A DNA stretch of 64,000 nucleotides, taken from a virus. Every line of letters starts with the position of its first letter. Within the stretch, counting starts at the first letter, position 1. Under the pieces are notes generated by a model that saw only the letters and a program-made list of their open reading frames with translations, was not told the origin of the DNA and searched no databases. Of the stretch, positions 1 to 8,927 are shown piece after piece. Location of the stretch: positions 48,297-112,296 of the IMG/VR virus record IMGVR_UViG_3300047321_000238; one strand, given 5' to 3'. The position numbers and the translations under genes are program-made.

Positions 1-413
1 GCTTTTTCAATTCTATCTTGCATAGTTTTTTCAAACAATTCACATTTAAGTTCTGCTACTTTTAAAGCAGGTAATACAGTTGCTACGTCAAATTGAACTT
101 GAGCTTCTAATTTGCCATCACATTTGAACACTAAAGAACTAGTCTTAGTAAGTTGTACAACATTAGTAGGAGTAGCAAATTTAAATGCAATTGTATCTAC
201 GCCAACTACTCCAGTTAAAGATGCAGAGAAATCTCCACTAACGTCTTTAGTTATAAAACCTGAAAATAAACTTCCTGTATCTACTGATACTGCACCGAAA
301 TCATTTTCCAAACCAGCTTCTATAATATCGTCTGGATCATCTTGTACAAATTTTCTAACAACAGTAGAAGTAAAAGCTTTATTAGTTAAATCTCTTAATA
401 CATCAAATTTCAT
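1..413 (-). CDS. putative virion structural protein, N-terminal 137 aa (gene runs off left window edge)
   Basis: Reverse complement of 1..413 is an uninterrupted frame from ATG at 413..411 (MKFDVLRDLTNKAFTSTVVRKFVQDDPDD...) with an AAAGGA RBS about 11 nt upstream. It is missing from the ORF track because its stop lies off-window. It displaces the +strand ORF 112..531. Confidence 0.5.
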   Translation of the reverse strand, partial: MKFDVLRDLTNKAFTSTVVRKFVQDDPDDIIEAGLENDFGAVSVDTGSLFSGFITKDVSGDFSASLTGVVGVDTIAFKFATPTNVVQLTKTSSLVFKCDGKLEAQVQFDVATVLPALKVAELKCELFEKTMQDRIEK

Positions 414-527
414 TATTAGTCACGTCCTTTATATATATTTCACCATCATCAAGTGCAATCTACACATAATCATTACTTCATATTTTTCTGTTTTTAACAT
501 AGTACTGAAAACGTTAATTACTTTTTT

Positions 528-1097
528 TTAGTTATACATTATATTGTATGTCTCTATGCCTGCTAGGAAGAAATGTACATGAGTAGGAAAAGTAGAAGTT
601 ACTACATTAAGCATCTCATCATTAGTAGAATCATTTGTGTTATAATCATCAAAGAACACTTCTGGATTCATTCTAAATCCTAATAAGTTTTGTGAGTTGT
701 TATTATAGAAGTATATAATTGTACCAAAATTAAATTCGATACTATATCTATTATGTCTAACAACTTGTCCCATAAGATCTGAACGATTTAATAGTTCTAT
801 CATTGCTTCTTTCATATAACGACATTGATTATTTGTTCTACTTATAATAAGCTTAGTGTTATGTGTTTGATTTAAGAATATGCTTTGATATACTTTTAAG
901 AGCAAGGCAGTAGATGTACCACTTTGTCTTGGTTGAGCCGCATACATTGTTTGTGAATTACTAGCAGTCTCAGCTATCAAAACATCTAATTGATAATCAT
1001 TTAAATAATACCCACATAAACGTCTTAGGTTTTCCCTTCTTCTGTTATATCTATATTCCTCAGTTTGCATATCTTGTACTAATTTTAATATCTCCAT
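528..1097 (-). CDS. hypothetical protein (189 aa from second ATG; N-terminus MEILKLVQD)
   Basis: Track ORF 528..1118. The internal ATG at 1097 is preceded by GGAGGA, so it is the likelier start. Contains AAQPRQSGTST, a degenerate P-loop-like string. Confidence 0.5.
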   Translation of the reverse strand: MEILKLVQDMQTEEYRYNRRRENLRRLCGYYLNDYQLDVLIAETASNSQTMYAAQPRQSGTSTALLLKVYQSIFLNQTHNTKLIISRTNNQCRYMKEAMIELLNRSDLMGQVVRHNRYSIEFNFGTIIYFYNNNSQNLLGFRMNPEVFFDDYNTNDSTNDEMLNVVTSTFPTHVHFFLAGIETYNIMYN

Positions 1098-1133
1098 AAC
1101 GTAACATCCTCCAAACATTTAATTAATAGCTAT

Positions 1134-1961
1134 TTATTGACCATATGCTTTTTGTTGACCATATAATTCTGAGTTACTCATTTGGCCGCCTCTACCAAAC
1201 ATCGAGAATATTAATCCCCCACCAACTGCTATAGGTATAGCTTGTTTCAAGAACGAATCCATTTTACCTTGAGTCTGTTTTTGCTCTTCCTTTTTTGTAC
1301 TTTTTATTTGATTCTTTAATTGATCGTTATTTTCTGCATACATTTTTCTTAAAACTTCAGGATCTTTTATATTTACAGGACCATGATCTGGTATTTTTGG
1401 GCCAAAATGCTCTTTTGGAATTGTATTATTAAATTCATTCATAAAATTAACTCTGCCAGTTCTCATAGTGTCAGCAATATTTTCTGAAGATCTTCCATTT
1501 AAATAACTTAATGCATTACCTAATTTAGTATCAGTAGCTGCAACGTTGTTTCTTGTTTTATTAGCTCTTAACTTACTAATTTGATAATCTAAATCAGGAT
1601 CTGCCTTACTAACTTTTAAAGTTTGTCCCATATCAGCAGCTCTTTGATTCCACATTTTTTCGTTATTTATAGTTTTTTGTTTTTTCATTGCATCATCATA
1701 AAAAGCATTTGGTCCTTTTGAATTCCTAAAAATACTTAAATCAGGTTCTTCAGTAACATTATCTAGAACATTTTTAACATACTTACTTTCATTTTGTTCA
1801 AATTTTCTTCCTTGTGACATTATAGTATGTTCTAAAGAATTTGCTTCGAATTTTTTACCCTGATTAAGTATTAATTCGCGAACTGATTTTGCTGTTCCTC
1901 TTTTTAATTCAAGATTTATTCCTTTAGTTGCAAGTTGTTCTGCAATATTTCCAAAACCCAT
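1134..1961 (-). CDS. hypothetical protein, 275 aa, Gly-rich C-terminal tail
   Basis: Track ORF with AAAGGAAG RBS. Lys/Asn-rich with a GGGLIFSMFGRGG tail. Lies in the minus-strand operon. Confidence 0.55.
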   Translation of the reverse strand: MGFGNIAEQLATKGINLELKRGTAKSVRELILNQGKKFEANSLEHTIMSQGRKFEQNESKYVKNVLDNVTEEPDLSIFRNSKGPNAFYDDAMKKQKTINNEKMWNQRAADMGQTLKVSKADPDLDYQISKLRANKTRNNVAATDTKLGNALSYLNGRSSENIADTMRTGRVNFMNEFNNTIPKEHFGPKIPDHGPVNIKDPEVLRKMYAENNDQLKNQIKSTKKEEQKQTQGKMDSFLKQAIPIAVGGGLIFSMFGRGGQMSNSELYGQQKAYGQ

Positions 1962-1990
1962 TATATTTCACTTCCTTTCTTAGCTATTAA

Positions 1991-2425
1991 TTACCTATTT
2001 AAATAAGCAGCTTCATTTCCCATTAATGTTTGTTGTAAATTGTATTGACTTGCTTTAGCCATTTGCATTCCTGCTTGTCTCATTGTGAAAGCTTGATTGT
2101 AATCATTAAAGCTAGAATTAACAAAAGGAACTTGTTTTCCTTGTTGATTCATTTGTCTTGTTAATTTACCTAATGATTCATATCCTTCTACGGCCATCTT
2201 AGGAAGTGCTGGTAGTAATTGCATTGCCATCGTTGGTACAAAACCTAATGATTGATACAATGCGAAATTTCCTACACCAGCAACTGTTGCTCCTAATCTA
2301 CTTGAACCACCTTCTCTTGCAGTCTTGTAGTCAGATGCAGCAAAAGCAACGTCCATACCAACACCAATCATTGAACCAAGACCTATCTTTTCTAAAGCAC
2401 CTTTTGCAAAAGGGATCTTCGCCAT
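1991..2425 (-). CDS. hypothetical Gly/Ala/Met/Gln-rich protein, 144 aa
   Basis: Track ORF with AGGAGG RBS 8 nt upstream. Composition resembles small virion or internal proteins. Confidence 0.55.
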   Translation of the reverse strand: MAKIPFAKGALEKIGLGSMIGVGMDVAFAASDYKTAREGGSSRLGATVAGVGNFALYQSLGFVPTMAMQLLPALPKMAVEGYESLGKLTRQMNQQGKQVPFVNSSFNDYNQAFTMRQAGMQMAKASQYNLQQTLMGNEAAYLNR

Positions 2426-2436
2426 ATTATTTCCTC

Positions 2437-3066
2437 CTATCTATTTTTGAACATAGAGAATACTAAGTCTCCAGTTGCACCTGCATTGTTTGAATAACTT
2501 CCTCCACTAGATTGTTGTTGTACTGGAACTATTGGTGTAGCATTTCTTATTATTCCATCATTAGTTCCCATTCTACTTTTCTCAAAAGCACTTACTCCAT
2601 CAGCAAGACCTTTAAATGCAGATGCTCCAAGTATTAATGGAATAGCAGTTGCTTTATTTAATTTAAATTCTCCTAAGTCTCCTAAGCCAACTGGACCTTT
2701 TGGAGCTTTTATCATTCCTCTACCAACAGTGCCTAATGCGTTTACACCAATCATTGCAGCACCAGCTACACCCAAAGCAGCACCTGAAGCTACAGTTGCT
2801 CCACCAAATGCTGCAAGTCCTGCTCCCCATGCTGCTCCTCTACCAGCAGCTTTTCTTGGATCAACTTGACCATCTTGATCTGCAAGTACTGCACCAGCAG
2901 TAGCTCCAGCTAACACTGTTCCTACTACGGCAGCAGCACGATTATCAAATTGATGCATTAGAGATTTTCCTGGTACTTTAGCTATATCCATACTAATCTC
3001 TCCAACAGCACGAGCAGAACCTAAACCTAATTTACCTATACCTTTTAATATACCACCTAAGCCCAT
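2437..3066 (-). CDS. hypothetical Gly/Ala-rich protein, 209 aa
   Basis: Track ORF with AAGGAG RBS. Long Ala/Gly stretches (AVVGTVLAGATAGAVLA...GAALGVAGAAMIG), possibly membrane-active or structural. Confidence 0.55.
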   Translation of the reverse strand: MGLGGILKGIGKLGLGSARAVGEISMDIAKVPGKSLMHQFDNRAAAVVGTVLAGATAGAVLADQDGQVDPRKAAGRGAAWGAGLAAFGGATVASGAALGVAGAAMIGVNALGTVGRGMIKAPKGPVGLGDLGEFKLNKATAIPLILGASAFKGLADGVSAFEKSRMGTNDGIIRNATPIVPVQQQSSGGSYSNNAGATGDLVFSMFKNR

Positions 3067-3082
3067 AAGCTATTTCATCTCC

Positions 3083-3427
3083 TTATACAAATGGAACTCC
3101 TACTAAATTAGTACTACCGTTACCATCTTTATATATTCCACCACCAGTTAATACTCGTCCTGCGGCAGCTGCTCCTAAATAAGATCCAGCTATTTTACCA
3201 GCATCCCACTTAGTAACTTTACCTTCTGTATCGAAATTTTTACCGAAGGTCTTTGTTAATGATTCCATTCCTTCTCCTCGTAAGGCTCTGCCTGCAGCTT
3301 CTAATCCACCAAAGCCATTGTTAGCTATAGCATTAATAGCTTTATTAGATCCATTTCTTTTTGTACCATTATATGCTGCTTTAACTAGTGCGGCAGCTTC
3401 TTTAGCAGCATCATCGTATAAACCCAT
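3083..3427 (-). CDS. hypothetical Gly/Ala-rich protein, 114 aa
   Basis: Track ORF with AAGGAG RBS. Composition similar to 2437..3066. Confidence 0.55.
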   Translation of the reverse strand: MGLYDDAAKEAAALVKAAYNGTKRNGSNKAINAIANNGFGGLEAAGRALRGEGMESLTKTFGKNFDTEGKVTKWDAGKIAGSYLGAAAAGRVLTGGGIYKDGNGSTNLVGVPFV

Positions 3428-3447
3428 ATTAATTCACTCCTTCTTTA

Positions 3448-4149
3448 TTAATTTTGTTCTTTGACATCTACAAACTCTGCAGGAGCTTCATCGATTATGA
3501 ATTCTGCATTACCTGACATAACTGTATTAATCATATCAGTTAACGAATCCTTATCACTAATCTCACCTTTCTTATTCTTTCTAGTAGCAAGCATTAAATC
3601 ATATATCTCATTTCTTTTTCTTTCTGTTCTTTCTAATGCTTCCCAATGTTTTGATATCTCAGGTTTGAAATAAACCTCACCTTGTTCACTAACACCAGCA
3701 AATACATCTTCTACTAGAACGCCTGCTTTATTAAGTAAGGCTTTGCATCTCTCAATCATAATGTCGTGATTAATTAATGATATAACTAAATTCTTATCAG
3801 TGAAACTTGCATCTTCTAGATCAAAGTCATTTTCATATCCAGCATATCGTAACTCAATTTGGGCCGTCTCTACTGGACACGGTTCACCAAGTGGTGCCAA
3901 ATTATATGGAAGCAAACTACAAGTTTCTGCATACGGACATCCGTCAGCTTTACAACTAAGCGGTATTCTAGCATACATTCCCGTTTTTGTAGATAACATA
4001 CTCATAGCAGCTCTTTTAGCTTCAACTCCTACAGCAGAGTAACCCCACATATTTTCTAAGTTCTTTTCAAAGTTTTCTCTATTTATCATAGCCTCACACT
4101 GAGTATCATCTACAGCTAAATCAGATTGTAATACTTCTTCTTCATCCAT
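3448..4149 (-). CDS. hypothetical acidic protein with Cys4 cluster, 233 aa
   Basis: Track ORF. Its ATG overlaps the stop of the upstream gene (ATGA at 4149). Contains CKADGCPYAETC...CPVE, a putative Zn-binding cluster. Confidence 0.55.
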   Translation of the reverse strand: MDEEEVLQSDLAVDDTQCEAMINRENFEKNLENMWGYSAVGVEAKRAAMSMLSTKTGMYARIPLSCKADGCPYAETCSLLPYNLAPLGEPCPVETAQIELRYAGYENDFDLEDASFTDKNLVISLINHDIMIERCKALLNKAGVLVEDVFAGVSEQGEVYFKPEISKHWEALERTERKRNEIYDLMLATRKNKKGEISDKDSLTDMINTVMSGNAEFIIDEAPAEFVDVKEQN

Positions 4150-4565
4150 TATTTATCACCACCAGTCTCTTCTTCTATTTCCTCTACCTTGACCATACCC
4201 TTATACTGTGGTCCGATATCTCCCATAATAGGATGTTCATCTTTATACATTTCATCTTCGATCATTTTCATCTCAGAAGGATATAGTATAAATTTAGCAC
4301 CATCTTCTTCAATTCCTAAGATTTCTAATTTAGTACAAGTGAAATAATATCCTATATTATAATCATCACTTCCGAAACTTTCTTGATATACTTCTACTCC
4401 AGTCAATTTAAATCTCTTTGTTTGTATTGAAGTAATGTCATCAAAGTACAGATGTGTCAAAATAATACCTTGAATCTTAAATCCTGATCTATCCTCATTA
4501 GGTACTCTATCAAATGTCACTTTTCCATTTACAGAAAGATCATTGTTTATTATTATGTTTGCCAT
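4149..4565 (-). CDS. hypothetical acidic protein, 138 aa
   Basis: Track ORF with AAGGGGGA RBS. First gene of the minus-strand operon. Confidence 0.55.
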   Translation of the reverse strand: MANIIINNDLSVNGKVTFDRVPNEDRSGFKIQGIILTHLYFDDITSIQTKRFKLTGVEVYQESFGSDDYNIGYYFTCTKLEILGIEEDGAKFILYPSEMKMIEDEMYKDEHPIMGDIGPQYKGMVKVEEIEEETGGDK

Positions 4566-5098
4566 GTTAAATTCCCCCTTGTTCTTTTCTTTTCTCTATA
4601 TATTACTATCTATATCTCATATATTAATAACGTCTTGCCATATATTACTTATTCTAAATATTCTATTTAATTTCCAAATATTACCTTATATAGAGATGAA
4701 AAATTTATAAAAAATAATTTTAAAAAATAGAAAAGTTGAACTTTTAAAAAAAGCCTATAGGGAAAAACGAAAAATATAAAAAATTTCTAGGGGAAGTAGG
4801 TATATATATATATGTATATATGTTGAAAATGTAGCCCCATGGGTATCATTATCATTATCAAGTTGAACTGTTTCAGTAACCGAGTTGAATGGAATAACAT
4901 GCAACGTCATGCCACAACTCATGGAGGATCATGAAAAACTTATCTCTATCTGTCAAGATAACCTTAACTTTAAAAGACTTATTAATAACTAGTACAGTAA
5001 AGGCTTATATATGTGCATACATATATAGGTCTTATAGTGTACTAGATACACAAGCAATAGACTACATATAGTAGGTGAGCATAAGGAGGACAACTAGT
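4566..5098. promoter_or_regulatory. divergent AT-rich control region between the minus-strand and plus-strand gene blocks
   Basis: 533 bp with no ORFs. Contains ATATATTAC direct repeats and a (TA)n tract at about 4800-4830. Genes diverge from it on both strands. Confidence 0.4.
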
Positions 5099-5554
5099 AT
5101 GACAACTTTATCAATGGAGGCTTTAATGAGCTTAAGCAAAGAAGAATTAGCAAGAATGGTTATGGACTTACACAAAGACACATTAACAGGATGTTATAAA
5201 AGAGAAGTATTAGATACAGTGAAACAAGACTTATACACTGTAGCGTTTGTTGATGTTAATGGATTAAAGGCTATTAATGATACACAAGGTCATGAGTATG
5301 GAGATAAGCACATACTAAGTGTAGTAGATAGTATCAATGCTAATGTAAGGAAACAAGATACTGTAGTTAGGTATGGTGGAGATGAATTCATAATCATATT
5401 CAATGACTGTAGTATAGACAATGCTAAAGGTGCTATATCTAGGATAACATCTGCATCAGTGGGTATAGCACAACATACAGACTTAGATATGGCAATTAAA
5501 CTAGCTGATATGGACATGTATAAGAACAAAAGAAACTACTATGATGTAGTATAG
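5099..5554 (+). CDS. GGDEF-domain diguanylate cyclase-like protein (no sensor domain)
   Basis: Start taken at the ATG 9 nt after AAGGAGG. Motifs FVDVNGLKAINDTQGHEYGDKHIL and RYGGDEFIIIF match the GGDEF active-site region. Confidence 0.7.
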   Translation: MTTLSMEALMSLSKEELARMVMDLHKDTLTGCYKREVLDTVKQDLYTVAFVDVNGLKAINDTQGHEYGDKHILSVVDSINANVRKQDTVVRYGGDEFIIIFNDCSIDNAKGAISRITSASVGIAQHTDLDMAIKLADMDMYKNKRNYYDVV

Positions 5555-5582
5555 ATACTCATATACGAAAGGATGAATAAAC

Positions 5583-5840
5583 ATGAAAACAACAAAGAAT
5601 GAAGCATTACTTATACTAGCACAAAGGATAATGGATCAACGTATTAAGCCTATGATAGATAAGGCTATTAGTATGGACCATGATAGTAAGCCTATAGCAT
5701 ATAGACCTGAATTAGACAATAACGATTATGCTGAATACATAGCATCTAAGGACAAGACATTAGTACACATAAATAAACACACACGAAAGGATGATGAAAC
5801 ATGCATTACTACGAATACAACGATACAGAGGACAAGATAA
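5583..5840 (+). CDS. hypothetical protein, 85 aa
   Basis: Track ORF with AGGATG RBS-like sequence upstream. Confidence 0.4.
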   Translation: MKTTKNEALLILAQRIMDQRIKPMIDKAISMDHDSKPIAYRPELDNNDYAEYIASKDKTLVHINKHTRKDDETCITTNTTIQRTR

Positions 5841-5992
5841 TCCACTTACTAGTAGCAGCAATAGGAGAAGGCTTATATAAACAAGCTATATCAGAATGTG
5901 CTATAGAGTATGGACAAGCAACAACAGATAAAGCAGTAACAGTATTTAATGAACAATACGCTAACTTAATCAGATTAATAGGAGGAAGATAA
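5801..5992 (+). CDS. hypothetical protein, 63 aa
   Basis: Track ORF with AAAGGATGA upstream. Overlaps the previous ORF by 40 nt, so one of the two starts is probably misplaced. Confidence 0.35.
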   Translation: MHYYEYNDTEDKIIHLLVAAIGEGLYKQAISECAIEYGQATTDKAVTVFNEQYANLIRLIGGR

Positions 5993-5993
5993 C

Positions 5994-6263
5994 ATGGAAA
6001 ACAGAAGAATAGAGGCAATCATGTATATGAAATTCAACAATAACGATAAAAGAGGTGCTTTATTACAAGCTAATAAGAAAGGGGTAGTAGTAGTGGACAA
6101 GCCATTTAAAGAAGTACTAAAACAAGTAGTTATAGAAAGTGCCCATATAGTAGAGGTAGCACCTATAGTAACTCATACAGAAGAAGTAGAAATAACGTTA
6201 TTATGGCAATCTCAAATACATGCTAATTACCTAAAACAAAGAGGAGGAAAACAAAATGATTAG
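5994..6263 (+). CDS. hypothetical protein, 89 aa
   Basis: Track ORF with GGAGGAAG RBS at 5982. Confidence 0.45.
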   Translation: MENRRIEAIMYMKFNNNDKRGALLQANKKGVVVVDKPFKEVLKQVVIESAHIVEVAPIVTHTEEVEITLLWQSQIHANYLKQRGGKQND

Positions 6264-6576
6264 GAAGAGCAAAACAATATTCAAATTCTTTATGAACAAG
6301 TACAATTTAGACTTATCAACTACAAAAATCTATATAATTGATCTTGTAGGAAAGAATGGTGCTTATGATTATATAGAAGATGAAGTCTATATAGATCATA
6401 CTTTAAATGCAATAACTAGAGAACTAACATTAGTACATGAACTTACTCATAAGATTGTTTATGTACTAGAGTTAGATGTTATAGATGAAGAAGCATATTG
6501 TAAAGAAGTTACATTAGAATACGTCAAACAAGAATTTAATGAAGTAGCTGTAACTTTAGTAAAAAATGAAATATAG
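6256..6576 (+). CDS. small HExxH zinc-metallopeptidase-like protein (ImmA/IrrE-like motif)
   Basis: GAGGAGG RBS. HELTH at LTLVHELTHKIV. Confidence 0.4.
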   Translation: MIRKSKTIFKFFMNKYNLDLSTTKIYIIDLVGKNGAYDYIEDEVYIDHTLNAITRELTLVHELTHKIVYVLELDVIDEEAYCKEVTLEYVKQEFNEVAVTLVKNEI

Positions 6577-6588
6577 GAGGAATTAATA

Positions 6589-6789
6589 ATGATGAAAGTA
6601 AAAGAAATAAAAACAGAACGCGTATCAAGAGAATATGTAGTTGAACAATTTGGTGAAGAAGAAGTAGCCAGAATGGAAAGAGATTGGATGTTAGGTGTCA
6701 AAAGAAAATTAGTTAAACATTCTCTTAGCACAAGAATAAAAAGAAAAGTAGTTGATTTAATTAATAGCTTATTAAACAAATTAATTTAA
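6589..6789 (+). CDS. hypothetical protein, 66 aa
   Basis: Track ORF with AGGAGG RBS. Confidence 0.4.
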   Translation: MMKVKEIKTERVSREYVVEQFGEEEVARMERDWMLGVKRKLVKHSLSTRIKRKVVDLINSLLNKLI

Positions 6790-6892
6790 TGTAGGGAATA
6801 AGGAATATGGAGAGATCTGTATTCCTTTTATCGTGCATTAAAGCACATTGGTTAGCTGTAATCCTTAATATAGCAAGAAAAGGAGAACAATT

Positions 6893-7183
6893 ATGATAAA
6901 GTACAAGGACCTAGATTCATTGGAAGGAGTTGAACTTGAGAAGGCTATTTTTGAAGTAAATCTAAATAGCATTAATGAGTTAACTCAAGAACAAAAAGCA
7001 ATCTTGTGTAAAATCAATTACAAGAAAGCAGAAGCTCAAGAACCAGAATCAGAAGTAATGTCATTGGTTGATCTAATCAGCAGTAAGTTATTCAAAAAGA
7101 AAAAGTTCAATCAAAAGAAAACAGACCTTAAAGACAGGTTACAAGGTTGTATTAAACCAATAAAAAAAGAAGGAGAGATGTAA
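6893..7183 (+). CDS. hypothetical protein, 96 aa
   Basis: Track ORF with AAAGGAG RBS. Confidence 0.45.
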   Translation: MIKYKDLDSLEGVELEKAIFEVNLNSINELTQEQKAILCKINYKKAEAQEPESEVMSLVDLISSKLFKKKKFNQKKTDLKDRLQGCIKPIKKEGEM

Positions 7184-7184
7184 T

Positions 7185-7721
7185 ATGTCAATATTAATCG
7201 TGCTAGCTATGATATGCATTATTATGGCTACAAAAGAAATCAGGAAAGAAAAAGCTCATAATAAAAAAAGAAAGGAAATCAGAAGTAAAAAACAATTAAC
7301 TTCAGTTCCAGTAGATGCTGTAGATAAGTTAAATGCATTCTTAGAAGTAGATAAGTCTAAGGATAAAGAATTTAAATTAGCTGCACTGTTTATAGAAGAC
7401 GAATCAGGACACATATCTATTGAAGATGTAGATCTTAGAGGAGATTCAGCTGAAAACATTAAGTTATCAGATTATGCTATTAATAAAAAGAAATATATAG
7501 CTGATCAAATACTATTTAATAGTAATGCTGTTAAGTTAATAGCTAATAAAGTTAATAGTATGGTAGCTGACACTGAAAGATACTATGCATTCGAAATAAC
7601 TAAAGAGAATGTGGAAGCAGGAAGACATGGAAAAACAAAGAAGAAGATAGTAAATGATTTTGTTATGTTATTAGATTTAAATGAAAAGGAACTTAAGAGA
7701 ATTGCTAATCTAAGTTTCTAA
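7185..7721 (+). CDS. hypothetical membrane-anchored protein, 178 aa
   Basis: N-terminal hydrophobic helix ILIVLAMICIIMA. GGAGAG RBS. Confidence 0.5.
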   Translation: MSILIVLAMICIIMATKEIRKEKAHNKKRKEIRSKKQLTSVPVDAVDKLNAFLEVDKSKDKEFKLAALFIEDESGHISIEDVDLRGDSAENIKLSDYAINKKKYIADQILFNSNAVKLIANKVNSMVADTERYYAFEITKENVEAGRHGKTKKKIVNDFVMLLDLNEKELKRIANLSF

Positions 7722-7749
7722 TGTAAAAGGTGAAAGGTGGATAAACAAA

Positions 7750-8367
7750 ATGGAAAACATCAATAAGAATTTAGACTTCATGGACTTAACAGGAAACGTA
7801 AAGGATATGAGAATTATCAATAATACACAAGTTGGTATATTCTCTGTTGTGCAAAAGCATTTAACAGAATCATATTTTCACACATCAAGAGGATATATCA
7901 AAGTTGATCCTGTTGTATCTATAATATGTGTTGAACATGCTAAAGGTAAAATGGAACTATTAGCTGGAATCAAGATGTTAGAAACAGTCCAAATGATTAA
8001 CTATTTGATTGAAAAGAATTTCACAATTGCTGAACTTCCTACAGAAGTTGCAAAGATCAGAAACTACAGAGCTATTATAAGAACTGTAGAAAATAAGTTG
8101 AAGTTCGAAGCTAAACAATTATTAGTAGCTAAAGAAGCAGAGAATAAAGAAATAGAGAATAAAGAAATAGAAACTACTGTAGTTGTTGAACCAATCAAAA
8201 AACAACTTCCTAAGATGAAGACTCTTTCTGATATACCTTCATATAGAGAAGTTGCTTTAACAGTTGAAGAAAAGAAGATAATGCAAAGCATTGTTCACAC
8301 TAAAGATATAGCATCATCTTTCTTCAACAAAAGTAAAATAATCAATATCTTTAGCAAAACTAAATGA
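7750..8367 (+). CDS. hypothetical protein, 205 aa
   Basis: Track ORF with GGTGAAAGGTGG RBS. Internal ENKEIENKEIE repeat. Confidence 0.5.
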   Translation: MENINKNLDFMDLTGNVKDMRIINNTQVGIFSVVQKHLTESYFHTSRGYIKVDPVVSIICVEHAKGKMELLAGIKMLETVQMINYLIEKNFTIAELPTEVAKIRNYRAIIRTVENKLKFEAKQLLVAKEAENKEIENKEIETTVVVEPIKKQLPKMKTLSDIPSYREVALTVEEKKIMQSIVHTKDIASSFFNKSKIINIFSKTK

Positions 8368-8419
8368 TAGATTATATACGTACTAAAGACAAATAAACTC
8401 CACCAGACCTTAGCAAGCA

Positions 8420-8900
8420 AATTCGCTTGAAAGGAGGTGATGCCTGGCAAGATATACGAACTTGGGTAGGCTGCTTGAACATGTTGTGCTTTTGATGCAG
8501 CAACAGTTGGTTGGGTGGGACAGAAACACAACAATGGGGGATGAAATAAACAGATTTCACTAACGAAAGGAAGAAACAAACAGAATGATATTTTCAAAAC
8601 TAAAGACGCTAAAGGAAGACTCGGCAAATTACCAACAACTATTCAGCCTGGAGGTTGATGAATTAAATTTTCTTCAATCTCTAGAAAGGAGGTTGATAAT
8701 CTAAATTTTTATCAGCCACCGAAAAGGAGGTTGGTAAGGATTATGACGTAACTTTACACATATCATTTAAGGAGGTTGATACTCACACATGGACTAATAT
8801 TAAAGGAGATGATGCTTGGCAAGAAATAGAAATGACTATAAATATGAAAGGAGGTGATGCTAAATCTAAGACTAATAAGACTACTGAAGGATTGTTCGTA
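8420..8900 (+). repeat. cluster of seven Shine-Dalgarno-like repeats (AAAGGAGGTGATGC x3, AAGGAGGTTGAT x4) with mini-ORFs
   Basis: Direct reading: 8431, 8800 and 8845 carry the GGAGGTGATGC type. 8645, 8686, 8721 and 8768 carry the GGAGGTTGR type. No ORF longer than 30 codons on the + strand. Local GC is elevated. Confidence 0.5.
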
Positions 8901-8927
8901 ATCTTTCAATGCATGGGCCTATAGTAT

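Noticed and set aside
112-531. +strand 139-aa ORF from the supplied track
   Set aside because: Its antisense frame (1..413, minus) has a proper RBS and start and a protein-like sequence that continues the minus-strand operon. The + ORF product is low-complexity (P/T/S/V-rich) with no RBS, so it is treated as a shadow ORF.
528-1097. Large terminase call based on the AAQPRQSGTST P-loop-like string
   Set aside because: The protein is only about 190 aa and the Walker A lysine is absent (T instead of K). Not supportable.
2206-2903. Gln/Leu-rich +strand ORFs 2206..2466 and 2700..2903
   Set aside because: They are antisense to the Gly/Ala-rich genes (GCN and GGN codons read backwards give L/Q-rich frames). 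They have no RBS and conflict with a coherent minus-strand operon.
8295-8627. Minus-strand ORFs 8295..8627 and 8372..8560 across the SD-repeat region
   Set aside because: No RBS, odd composition, and they run antisense through the repeated GGAGG elements. The region is better explained as non-coding.
8420-8900. Possible CRISPR array (regularly spaced direct repeats)
   Set aside because: Repeats are only 12-14 nt, of two types, irregularly spaced (25-130 bp), and lack palindromic repeat structure or any cas gene.
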